Assembly: GCA_964608095.1 (NCBI GenBank)
Contig: CAZSMK010000068.1
Location: 41,742 to 105,741, forward strand
DNA length: 64,000 nt
Direction: 5' to 3'
DNA from: an uncultured Candidatus Sumerlaeota bacterium
GTDB taxonomy: Bacteria > Sumerlaeota > Sumerlaeia > MWCT01 > JAGHBZ01
Both the position numbers and the translations under genes were made by a program. Position 1 is the first letter of the stretch, and each line of letters begins with the position of its first letter. Under the pieces are notes generated by a model. It did no database searches and was not told the DNA's origin. It was given only the letters and a program-made list of their open reading frames with translations. Shown here in pieces: positions 10,477-18,986 of the stretch.

Positions 10477-11379
10477 TTAAAATTCGAACCGCACGCGCAA
10501 ATCTTCATCCGTTATCTTTTTATACGCTGTGAGGTAGCGTTCAGTGGTCTGTGCTATCACGTCTTCGGGTAGTTCGGGCGCAGGCGGCGATTTATCCCAC
10601 CCGATTTTCTCTACATAGTCGCGTACGTACTGCTTATCGAGACTGATCGACTTGCCCCCGGGAAAATATCCGTCTGCAGGCCAGAACCGCGAACTGTCCG
10701 GCGTCAAACATTCATCGATCAGGATTATGTCGTCGTTCAGTGTCCCGAATTCGAATTTCGTGTCGGATAACACGAGGTCGCGTTCACGTAGATACTCGTG
10801 CGCAAAGGAATAAATAGCAATGCTGGTGTCGCGTACAAATTCGAGTACATCCGAGCCGATTATGTCCGCCGCCTGTTCCTGAGTAATATTCTCATCGTGC
10901 CCGGACGTGGCTTTGGTTGCAGGTGTAAAAATAGGGGTCGGCAATTTGTCACGTTGACGCAAACCTTCAGGAAGCTCTATCCCGCATACGCTGCCTGTCC
11001 GCTCATAGTCGCGCCACGCGGAACCGTCAAGATAGCCACGGACTACGCATTCCACTGCCAACGGGTTGGCTTTCTTTACCAACATCGATCTGCCTCGCAG
11101 TATTTCCTTGTGCTCCGCAAGGCTCTCCGGATACTCCGTCACGTCAGCCGCAATCACGTGATTCTTCACAATATGCTCCGTCTTCTTGAACCAATACCGG
11201 GACAATTGTGTAAGGACTACGCCTTTCCACGGAATAGGGTTGGGAAAGACTACATCGAACGCGCTCAGCCGGTCGGTTGCAAGAATAAGCAATCGGTCAT
11301 CGAGGTTATATATATCACGGACTTTACCTCGTCCGGCAAGGGGAATGCCCTTCAATTCTGTTTTATATACTGTTTTCAT
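10477..11379 (-). CDS. purC: Phosphoribosylaminoimidazole-succinocarboxamide synthase PurC
   Basis: SAICAR synthetase motifs (GKVRDIY, LILATDRLSAFD, SDTKFEFG). Start set at MKTVYK (ATG 11379) rather than the upstream GTG 11409 that the ORF track used. Confidence 0.9.
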   Translation of the reverse strand: MKTVYKTELKGIPLAGRGKVRDIYNLDDRLLILATDRLSAFDVVFPNPIPWKGVVLTQLSRYWFKKTEHIVKNHVIAADVTEYPESLAEHKEILRGRSMLVKKANPLAVECVVRGYLDGSAWRDYERTGSVCGIELPEGLRQRDKLPTPIFTPATKATSGHDENITQEQAADIIGSDVLEFVRDTSIAIYSFAHEYLRERDLVLSDTKFEFGTLNDDIILIDECLTPDSSRFWPADGYFPGGKSISLDKQYVRDYVEKIGWDKSPPAPELPEDVIAQTTERYLTAYKKITDEDLRVRFEF

Positions 11380-11619
11380 AGGTACACTCTCAAGAAAGTG
11401 GATACACACTTAATAAAATGTTGAGGGCGGAAGTGTCAATATAAGACTGCAAAATTGGAAATAAAGTACAAAATTCTTATTCCGATCGAGGATTGTTTAT
11501 ACTCCAAATTATCCCTTGATGTTCTTCCCAAACGCGCACGACTCACCTTGAGATCATGTTGATTTCTGACACGTCCGAAGATTAAGATGACCATTGAATA
11601 GACTTCAAGGACAGGACAC

Positions 11620-12807
11620 ATGAAATGTTTCGGGCTGAAATTTTGGTTTTTGTACATGGGGATTATTCTCTCGATTTTTCTCTCACCTTCGGTCGGGGGA
11701 GGCGAAATCACAGGCGTGGCAAACGTGGAAAAAATCGCGCGGCTGACCGGAACAAAAGGTTCTGACTCGATAAATCCCACATGGGAAGTCGGCATCGGCG
11801 GCGTTGACCTCGGGCACATGATAAACCATAACGAACGGACATATTTCGTGTTCGGCGATTCGTTCGAGTCGGAGCTACCGCACAGGAATAAGCCCGGTAC
11901 TGGTGTCGGATGGCGCTGGAATACCATGTGCTACACTACGGATACGCAACCGGCGGACGGGATAACGTTCACTCACTGGATAACGGATAGTACGGGAAAG
12001 GCACGCCCCATAATCCAGGACCGGCGACACGATCCAATAACGAACATACCAACGGGTGGCATCAGTGTGGACAACACGCTCATTATCTGGTACATGGCGA
12101 TGAAATTCTGGGGGAATGCGAACGACCCGTGCTGGCAGTCGCATCATGTGGGGCTGGCATACTCCGATGACGATGGCACAACGTTCATCATAAAAAGGCA
12201 GTTTACGCTTCCGGGTACAACAAATTTCGGTATGGTTTCCGCGGCACGTGGAAACGACGACCCACACCTTGGCGATGGATATATCTATATCTGGGGAACG
12301 CCGACGAACCGCTTGGGCGGGGTCAAACTCGCCCGCGTCAAATCCGAACATATCACCAACCTCAACGAGTATCTTTATTTCGGCGGGATGAAGGAGGGCG
12401 CGCCGCTCTGGAGTGATTCCGAAGAATGCTCTCCCTTGATTGTTCCTCCGCCTGTCGGCGAAATGTCCGTCATTTATAACCGCTGGGCAGGGATGTGGAT
12501 CATGATGCATTTCACCTTTGTGGAAGAACCGGTGACCATATACACACAGGGGAAAATTGTGCTGCGACAGGCTCCCGCCCCATGGGGTCCGTGGTCGGAG
12601 CCCATTGACGTCACCACCCACGAGACCTATCCCCTGTTATACGGCTCGTATATGAACCCGCGCTATGTAGAAAACCATGGCGAGTCGGTCTATTTCACCA
12701 TGTCCATGTGGGAACCCTATGATGTGTACTGGATGAAGGTGACCTTCAAGGGCGCACCATCCCGAGGGAGTTTAGGGAAAATGAGGTTTGACCCCAAAAT
12801 TCCCTAA
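11620..12807 (+). CDS. Secreted Asp-box (BNR) beta-propeller glycoside-hydrolase-like protein, possibly DUF4185/sialidase-like
   Basis: 395 aa. N-terminal signal peptide. One canonical Asp-box SDDDGTTF (S-x-D-x-G-x-T-[WF]). Family assignment is uncertain. Confidence 0.5.
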   Translation: MKCFGLKFWFLYMGIILSIFLSPSVGGGEITGVANVEKIARLTGTKGSDSINPTWEVGIGGVDLGHMINHNERTYFVFGDSFESELPHRNKPGTGVGWRWNTMCYTTDTQPADGITFTHWITDSTGKARPIIQDRRHDPITNIPTGGISVDNTLIIWYMAMKFWGNANDPCWQSHHVGLAYSDDDGTTFIIKRQFTLPGTTNFGMVSAARGNDDPHLGDGYIYIWGTPTNRLGGVKLARVKSEHITNLNEYLYFGGMKEGAPLWSDSEECSPLIVPPPVGEMSVIYNRWAGMWIMMHFTFVEEPVTIYTQGKIVLRQAPAPWGPWSEPIDVTTHETYPLLYGSYMNPRYVENHGESVYFTMSMWEPYDVYWMKVTFKGAPSRGSLGKMRFDPKIP

Positions 12808-12813
12808 CTTTTT

Positions 12814-14109
12814 TTAGAGGCGGAGGCGGATGTGGAGCTTGTAGAGAATGTCCGTAATGCCGACCATTGCAAATGCAAAAAGAAGCGAGCGGAAAATTCC
12901 TAACAGCCCTTCGTTCAGATATTGATGGAGAAACGTTATCCCGAGTAAGCCGAGAATAGCGTAAAAAATGTCTGGCAGGATATAGGCGAGAAGCGGGTTG
13001 GCTCCCGCCGGTTTTATAAGTCTCGTCCACCCCACTTCTTTTCTGATGTCGATCAACCAGTAGAAAAACACATAGAGGAAGCAGCATATCCCGGAAGAAT
13101 AAAGACACCACGAGGGAGTCGCCCTGACTTTATTTATTCCATAAAGCGGTCGCAGCAAAAAGCCGGCAACACACAGCGCCACACCGAAGGAAAGAATCCA
13201 GATGATTCGTTGACGCGTATTCCTGACAGGGCTATATTCGAGAAACAGCATGCCCACGATAACGCCCGCAACAGTTATGGACGAATGTCCGCCGATTTGC
13301 CCACCGAGCCACACATAGCGCCGTATGAATCCGAGAAAGGACAATGCGCCGCTTTCGTCGCCGATATAGAGCAGTACCAAAAGTGCCAGAAAACCCATCA
13401 TCGCTTCGATATGTTTTCGAAAAAGGAGATATCCCGCACATGAGGTCAGATACGCCCAACCGATCAAGCCAAGAATCCCCCACCAGCTGGTACGCATCCA
13501 GATGACGTCGTCACCGCTCCCGCCGCGATAGAGAACCGCGGTAGCAATCAAGAGCGCTACCCCGAAAAATCTCAATGTTCTAAAGAGCGGTTTTAGATGT
13601 TCCTTTCCGCGTGGATATTGATTCCATACGAGGATTACACCCACGAACATCATAAAGACCCAGAGGTGTTTGCTCATAATAGCTGCAGACTTGTTATAGG
13701 TATACATATTAACCATAAATACGCCGATAACAAGCAGGGCGAAAGAACGTATTACAATATGTCTCCATATTTTCAGAAGCGAATCACCTTTGTCGCGGCG
13801 TTTTTTTATAGCGAACGGGATCGCCATACCGACAATAAAAAGGAACGCCGGAAACACCACATCTACAAACGTCATGCCGTCCGTCTCGGTGGGCATGTGT
13901 TTCATCCACCACGGGACTCCACGCACGTTACCGAGATCATTGACAAAAATCATTGACAGGATGGTGAGCCCCCGGAAGACGTCGATCGAAACCACGCGCC
14001 CCTCATGCACAACGTGCTGGACTCTTTCTTCTGTTTTGTTCATACTCCTTACACGATGCTTAAAACCAATATGAAAGAGAGATGTACGCATCACTGAATA
14101 TATATTCAA
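12814..14109 (-). CDS. Heparan-alpha-glucosaminide N-acetyltransferase-like (HGSNAT/DUF1624-DUF5009) polytopic membrane acyltransferase
   Basis: 431 aa, about 11 TM segments. N-terminal RVVSIDVFRGLTILSMIFVN matches the HGSNAT TM1 signature (R..S.D.FRG......M.FVN). Start uncertain: TTG 14109, ATG 14091 or ATG 14043. Confidence 0.7.
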   Translation of the reverse strand: MNIYSVMRTSLFHIGFKHRVRSMNKTEERVQHVVHEGRVVSIDVFRGLTILSMIFVNDLGNVRGVPWWMKHMPTETDGMTFVDVVFPAFLFIVGMAIPFAIKKRRDKGDSLLKIWRHIVIRSFALLVIGVFMVNMYTYNKSAAIMSKHLWVFMMFVGVILVWNQYPRGKEHLKPLFRTLRFFGVALLIATAVLYRGGSGDDVIWMRTSWWGILGLIGWAYLTSCAGYLLFRKHIEAMMGFLALLVLLYIGDESGALSFLGFIRRYVWLGGQIGGHSSITVAGVIVGMLFLEYSPVRNTRQRIIWILSFGVALCVAGFLLRPLYGINKVRATPSWCLYSSGICCFLYVFFYWLIDIRKEVGWTRLIKPAGANPLLAYILPDIFYAILGLLGITFLHQYLNEGLLGIFRSLLFAFAMVGITDILYKLHIRLRL

Positions 14110-14218
14110 GAGATTTCTTCAACGCCATCCGTCTCGGACTTAAATGCTCTTTTCTTTGTCGTAGAGATGATAGATTTCTCTTTCTATCTCGTCTATATAC
14201 TTAAAAGGGATTCATGAC

Positions 14219-14782
14219 GTGGGAATCGGCAAACAGAGTTTGAGTGACGCAGAGGTCATTCACCGTGTGTTGAGCGGTGACAGGGAAGCGTTCGGCATAC
14301 TTGTAGAGAGATACAGTTCGATCTTTTATGCCTACGCATACAATCTCTGCAGGGATTACGACTCAGCGGCGGACCTGGTTCAGGAAGGCTTGCTGGCGTC
14401 GTATAAAGCCCTTGATCGGTTATCGGATCCGAACAAGTTCACGGGCTGGGTCGCCATGATTATTAAGAACAAGTATCGGGATTTGGGGAGGAAAAAGTCG
14501 ATTCCCACAATCCCCCTTGAGCATCTCAAGGAAAAGGGTTTTGAACCCCCGAATCCCGATACTGCGCTTCCGTTCGCCGACGAAGAACTAAAACTCATCA
14601 TGGGCTATATCGATGCGTTACCGGAAAAATATCGAGAAGTCACGATGCTCAAGTACATTGAAGACCTATCATATAAGGAGATTGGAGAACTGCTGAATGT
14701 GCCGGAAAGCACGGTTGCGATGCGCCTGGTCTATGCGCGCAAGCGGCTGGTAAAAATGGCAAAGGAAGGCGGCTTGCTATGA
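14219..14782 (+). CDS. ECF (sigma-70 family) RNA polymerase sigma factor
   Basis: 187 aa. Region 2 (FGILVERYSSIFYAYAYNLCRDYDSAADLVQEGLL). Region 4 (SYKEIGELLNVPESTVAMRLVYARKRL). GTG start. ATGA overlap with the anti-sigma gene. Confidence 0.85.
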   Translation: MGIGKQSLSDAEVIHRVLSGDREAFGILVERYSSIFYAYAYNLCRDYDSAADLVQEGLLASYKALDRLSDPNKFTGWVAMIIKNKYRDLGRKKSIPTIPLEHLKEKGFEPPNPDTALPFADEELKLIMGYIDALPEKYREVTMLKYIEDLSYKEIGELLNVPESTVAMRLVYARKRLVKMAKEGGLL

Positions 14783-16674
14783 TGCTGCATCCACACATAC
14801 GGACACTTTCACGCTACCTTGACGGGGTGCTTGACGAGGGCAAGTCGAGAAAAGTCGAATCACATCTAACAAAATGCGCCGTGTGCAGACGTAAGATGGA
14901 ATTGTTGAAAGCGCCCGGCGCAATGCTCCCCCTCCCACATGAAAAAATCGAGAAGATCACGCACGGTGTGATGGCAAACCTGCCAGCGCGAAAGTGGAAC
15001 ACCTCGACAACCGTTATTGGAGAGATTACGTCCGTTATCGGCATGGTTCTAATAAGGAGTTTTGCCGATGACGAGGGTGTCGAGGCATCAGCGGGGATGG
15101 CGCTTCGAAAAGGCGATACCCTTGTGACCCGTGGGGAGAGCAAGGCGCTTGTCCGCTTGAAGGACGGCAGCGAGGTTTTTGTCAACAAGGACACGTCGCT
15201 TGATTTTCAACCGAAGAAATTCGACCTCGGCATTACGCTCGGTGAAATCTTCACCATGATTAAACCGCAACGCAAATCGTTTATCATTACTACTCCCTCC
15301 GCGGTCTTGGGCGTCATAGGCACCGACTTCGACACTAAAGTCACAAAAGAAAAAGAGACCATCCTCAGTGTTATAAAGGGAAGCGTGTATTACAAAAATA
15401 ATTCCGGTAAAACTATTGTCACCAAAAAACACCAGGTGAAGGCAAACCCGGTCACTAAACCTGTACCCGTTAAAATCAGCGACACCCGTTCTATATCCGA
15501 TTGGACGGGGTCGATCACACCGACGAAGAGAAATGGAGGCTGGATCATGAAAAAACTGGGTTTCGCCATAGTGGCGATCGTAGTAATCGGCGTCCTCGGA
15601 ATGGGCGGGTATTGGCTCTACAATACATTTTTCGGCTATGTACCTTACTCGTATACTCCATCGACGACTCCTACACCTGCAGCGATACAAACAACGGTCG
15701 CCGTTGCACCGACACAGGTGTCGGAACAAATTCCCGAACTTTCGGGGGATATACCCACGAGCATCATTCCGGATAACAACACCCTTGTTTCCAGGGTTGA
15801 TTTAGTAATAGGAAGGCGCGTTGTATTTCAGGTTGACCAGGTCACTAAATCAGTAATACAGATTCAGGGACAACCGCGACCAATAGAAACGCGGCAGGTT
15901 GTATCACAGAAACTGGCGGCGACAAATCTCGAGGAACAAGCCGGCGGGATATATGTGGTTGAACTTGAATTTATATCACTCGCCATGGAGCAAGAAAGCC
16001 CTGAAGGTAAGTACTCGGTGAGCTCCGATTCACCACAGCCCCAAGACCAAAACGCAATACTGCTCTGGAGTATGGTCAAAGCAACGAGCGGTTCAAAAAT
16101 CTACTATTACCTCACAAAGGATATGGAGATTATGAGAATCGATGGTGTTGAAGAGATAAGGAAGAAAATAAGGGCGTCGACTCAACCGCAGATAGCGCAG
16201 TTAATGGAAGCAAACCTCAATGAAGATACGATGAAAGATATGTTCAAGATGTACGGAAACGTACTACCGGAGAAACCAGTCAAGGTCGGCAACGACTGGA
16301 GTTACAGCTCGAAAATGGAAGTTCCCATGCTGGGAAAGACCAAAACTGATACGACCTACCGGTTCGTACGATGGGATGAGCACAGAGAGCGAATGTGCGT
16401 GGTGCTCGACATGAGCGGAACTATCACGTCGAAAGGAGAACCATCCACGCCTGGACTGATTCCAAAAATCGCCATCAGAAATGGTAATATAGCGGGAACC
16501 TTATGGTATGATCCACAAAGCGGAGAAACATTGGATTCGGTGCTTAATCAATCGCTTGATATGGAAATTTCTCAGATGATAAGTGACCGCAGGGGAGCAA
16601 GAGAACAGAAAATAAGCGGTCACGTGACGAGTAACGTCATAACACGCCTGATAGAGGTCCAGAACATTTATTGA
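14779..16674 (+). CDS. Anti-sigma factor (zf-HC2 plus FecR domain) fused in frame to a membrane-anchored protein of unknown function (possible second start at 15547)
   Basis: 631 aa. N-terminal HLTKCAVCRRKMELL (zf-HC2 anti-sigma). FecR-like region GDTLVTRGESKALVRLKDGSEVFVNKDTSLDF. In-frame MKKLGFAIVAIVVIGVLG with GGAGG 7 nt upstream, then a Thr/Pro linker and an uncharacterised 350-aa domain. Confidence 0.7.
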   Translation: MMLHPHIRTLSRYLDGVLDEGKSRKVESHLTKCAVCRRKMELLKAPGAMLPLPHEKIEKITHGVMANLPARKWNTSTTVIGEITSVIGMVLIRSFADDEGVEASAGMALRKGDTLVTRGESKALVRLKDGSEVFVNKDTSLDFQPKKFDLGITLGEIFTMIKPQRKSFIITTPSAVLGVIGTDFDTKVTKEKETILSVIKGSVYYKNNSGKTIVTKKHQVKANPVTKPVPVKISDTRSISDWTGSITPTKRNGGWIMKKLGFAIVAIVVIGVLGMGGYWLYNTFFGYVPYSYTPSTTPTPAAIQTTVAVAPTQVSEQIPELSGDIPTSIIPDNNTLVSRVDLVIGRRVVFQVDQVTKSVIQIQGQPRPIETRQVVSQKLAATNLEEQAGGIYVVELEFISLAMEQESPEGKYSVSSDSPQPQDQNAILLWSMVKATSGSKIYYYLTKDMEIMRIDGVEEIRKKIRASTQPQIAQLMEANLNEDTMKDMFKMYGNVLPEKPVKVGNDWSYSSKMEVPMLGKTKTDTTYRFVRWDEHRERMCVVLDMSGTITSKGEPSTPGLIPKIAIRNGNIAGTLWYDPQSGETLDSVLNQSLDMEISQMISDRRGAREQKISGHVTSNVITRLIEVQNIY

Positions 16675-16784
16675 GTATGGTTCTTTGACGAAAGGGATAT
16701 CTCTGTATGGGACAAAAAAGCACATGTCGCAGTGCCTTTCCCCCTCCTGATAGGATCGGATAGTCCCCTGCTTTCATATTGACT

Positions 16785-16850
16785 GGTATTTTCTCCCTCT
16801 GTAGCCTTTATCTTGATTGATGAAAGAAGTGAGAAAATACCGGTTTTTTT
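16785..16850 (+). terminator. Candidate intrinsic terminator after the anti-sigma gene
   Basis: ggtattttctc (16785-16795) pairs with gagaaaatacc (16831-16841), an 11-bp stem with a structured 35-nt loop, followed by gg ttttttt. Confidence 0.4.
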
Positions 16851-16907
16851 ATGGCGTCTTGGAGTTCCGCATCCAAAACACATCTCGAAAGATGAAATCT
16901 TGAAATT

Positions 16908-18986
16908 GTGCTTAAAAGGGATAATAGTTTGAACAACAATGACGGATTTCTCGGCTTATCACAACGAGTCGTAGTAATTACGGGAACAGCTCTCACCTTA
17001 CTTAATCTTGTCCTTTTGGTTGTTCCACTTCTTCCATCTATTTTTGATCCGAACTTTTATCCTTACGGCGACGATGCCGTCATCGAAATATACACGCTCC
17101 ATGCTACCCGTTTCTCTCAACTCCTCGGTCCTTATTCGAGATATGGATGGAACCATCCGGGTCCCTTCATGTTCTACCTATTCGTTCCTTTATACGTTTT
17201 GTCAGGAAAACTCTCCGGTATGCTTTTTTTCGCTGCCTTTGCGATAAATGTTCTGGCGATTTTTGCGATTCTGTTCCTTCTGGCTACACTCATCGAATCA
17301 AGATTCCCCCTCATTGTTTCGTTAGCCATATTGAATCTATTGATAGCCGGACTCGGACGTGAGGTTCTTGTTAATTCATGGAATCCCTACCTGCTCATAA
17401 CTCCTTGCCTCTTATTATTGTTGCTTCTCGCGAGTTTCGCACAAGGAAACGTAACGCTTTTGCCCCTGATCGCTGTCATAGCGACGTTTTTGATGCAAAC
17501 GCATATCGGGATTATACCTGCGGTCGGCGCAATGATTGTCCTGGCAATAATTCTCTTCATCGCTCGGCACAAGTCGTCATCGGAAAGTTCAGATGAAGAA
17601 CCTCATCGCACAATACACAAGGGTTCTATCCTTTCCTTGGTTCTAACGGTATTAATAGTTCTCGTCCTCTGGTTACCTCCCTGTATCGAAGAATTGAACC
17701 ATGATCCCGGAAACCTCATACGACTACTCAACTTTTTTACCAATCAGGGAACAACCGTCTCCGCTAAGGAGTCCATTGCTACCGTTGTCGGGCAGATATT
17801 TTCTCCATTTATGATACTATGCGGCATAACCGAGGAGAGCCGAATCTGGAAGTGGCAGGGTGGATTGTTTTTATTAATTCTGTGCGCATCCTTGATAGCA
17901 GGTTATAAACAACAACGCTACTCCATGGTCTTCATCTGCTGGTTATCGTTAACGGGAATTTCAGTTGCGCTGCTCTCAGCATTGAAAACCCGGGATCAGG
18001 TCATGGGCTATATGTTTTTCTGGACAGGGGCGTTCGGTGCGGCGGTTCTTTTCGCCGCCTCCCATACTATTTTGCTGTGGCTGCTCTCCATATTCCGCCA
18101 AAAGAATCTACGTATCGCGAGGACTGTCTTGATCCTTTTCATCGTGTTCTTTTGTGTGTGGGCGTATGGCTCGAGTTTTTTGCACATCCTGAGAGATTCC
18201 ACAAACCCTTTGAGGGAAGTCTATGATATGGAAAGAATGTACGAGAAATTGAAGACGCGCCTAACTGAAGCGCCGAAACAGGATTTTCACGTCAGGCTTG
18301 TTGATGGAAATTCATGGCCTCTTGCTACAGGAATCATTTTGCAACTTTACAAACACAACATGGAGTTCAGTATCGAGAAGGATTGGCTTTTTATGTTTGG
18401 TCCACAGTTTAAAGAAAGCGAGAATAAACCAGGAAAGGAAATTCAATTCCTTACTCACCCGCTTTCGTTTGTAGAGATGCGAAACAAGGGACTCGAGCTG
18501 GTAACGAGCGGAGAGGGACTCGGCCGCGAACTTTTTATCTATGTGCTCGACCCTCGAAAGATTCGTCCGCTTCTTCTGGATTCGACTGAACTCCGGGTGG
18601 TGGAAACCTTTAAAACCCACGGGAATCCCGCTCTCGTGAGCGATGGAATCATACCGGAGGATGGCGTCGACTTTAATGATGAGCAATGCCTGATCTTGCT
18701 TGATGACGATTCATACGTCACGCTCTCGGTTCCGGTGCAGCGGACTGACTACAAGGGCATTCTTATTTCCGCGGACGGCAACGATACCTATACAGTTTCA
18801 GGTAAATACGGTGACGAGCCGTTTTCCGAGATTGGGATATTGGCGGAACAGAAGGGATACGGAATGAGGACAAGGATGTGTGTTATCGATAATCTATCAA
18901 GTTATAGTGTAATTCGCATTTCACCGCGTTCAGGGGACGGGTATTACTCGATCGGTGAAGTCAGCTTTCTGGTTTCAAAGGAATAA
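16908..18986 (+). CDS. Polytopic membrane protein (about 13 TM, GT-C-like topology) with a C-terminal beta-rich extracytoplasmic domain; function unknown
   Basis: 692 aa. GTG 16908 or TTG 16929 start. Acidic DD/E in the first loop (YPYGDDAVIEIY). Soluble C-terminal domain of about 230 aa. Confidence 0.5.
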   Translation: MLKRDNSLNNNDGFLGLSQRVVVITGTALTLLNLVLLVVPLLPSIFDPNFYPYGDDAVIEIYTLHATRFSQLLGPYSRYGWNHPGPFMFYLFVPLYVLSGKLSGMLFFAAFAINVLAIFAILFLLATLIESRFPLIVSLAILNLLIAGLGREVLVNSWNPYLLITPCLLLLLLLASFAQGNVTLLPLIAVIATFLMQTHIGIIPAVGAMIVLAIILFIARHKSSSESSDEEPHRTIHKGSILSLVLTVLIVLVLWLPPCIEELNHDPGNLIRLLNFFTNQGTTVSAKESIATVVGQIFSPFMILCGITEESRIWKWQGGLFLLILCASLIAGYKQQRYSMVFICWLSLTGISVALLSALKTRDQVMGYMFFWTGAFGAAVLFAASHTILLWLLSIFRQKNLRIARTVLILFIVFFCVWAYGSSFLHILRDSTNPLREVYDMERMYEKLKTRLTEAPKQDFHVRLVDGNSWPLATGIILQLYKHNMEFSIEKDWLFMFGPQFKESENKPGKEIQFLTHPLSFVEMRNKGLELVTSGEGLGRELFIYVLDPRKIRPLLLDSTELRVVETFKTHGNPALVSDGIIPEDGVDFNDEQCLILLDDDSYVTLSVPVQRTDYKGILISADGNDTYTVSGKYGDEPFSEIGILAEQKGYGMRTRMCVIDNLSSYSVIRISPRSGDGYYSIGEVSFLVSKE

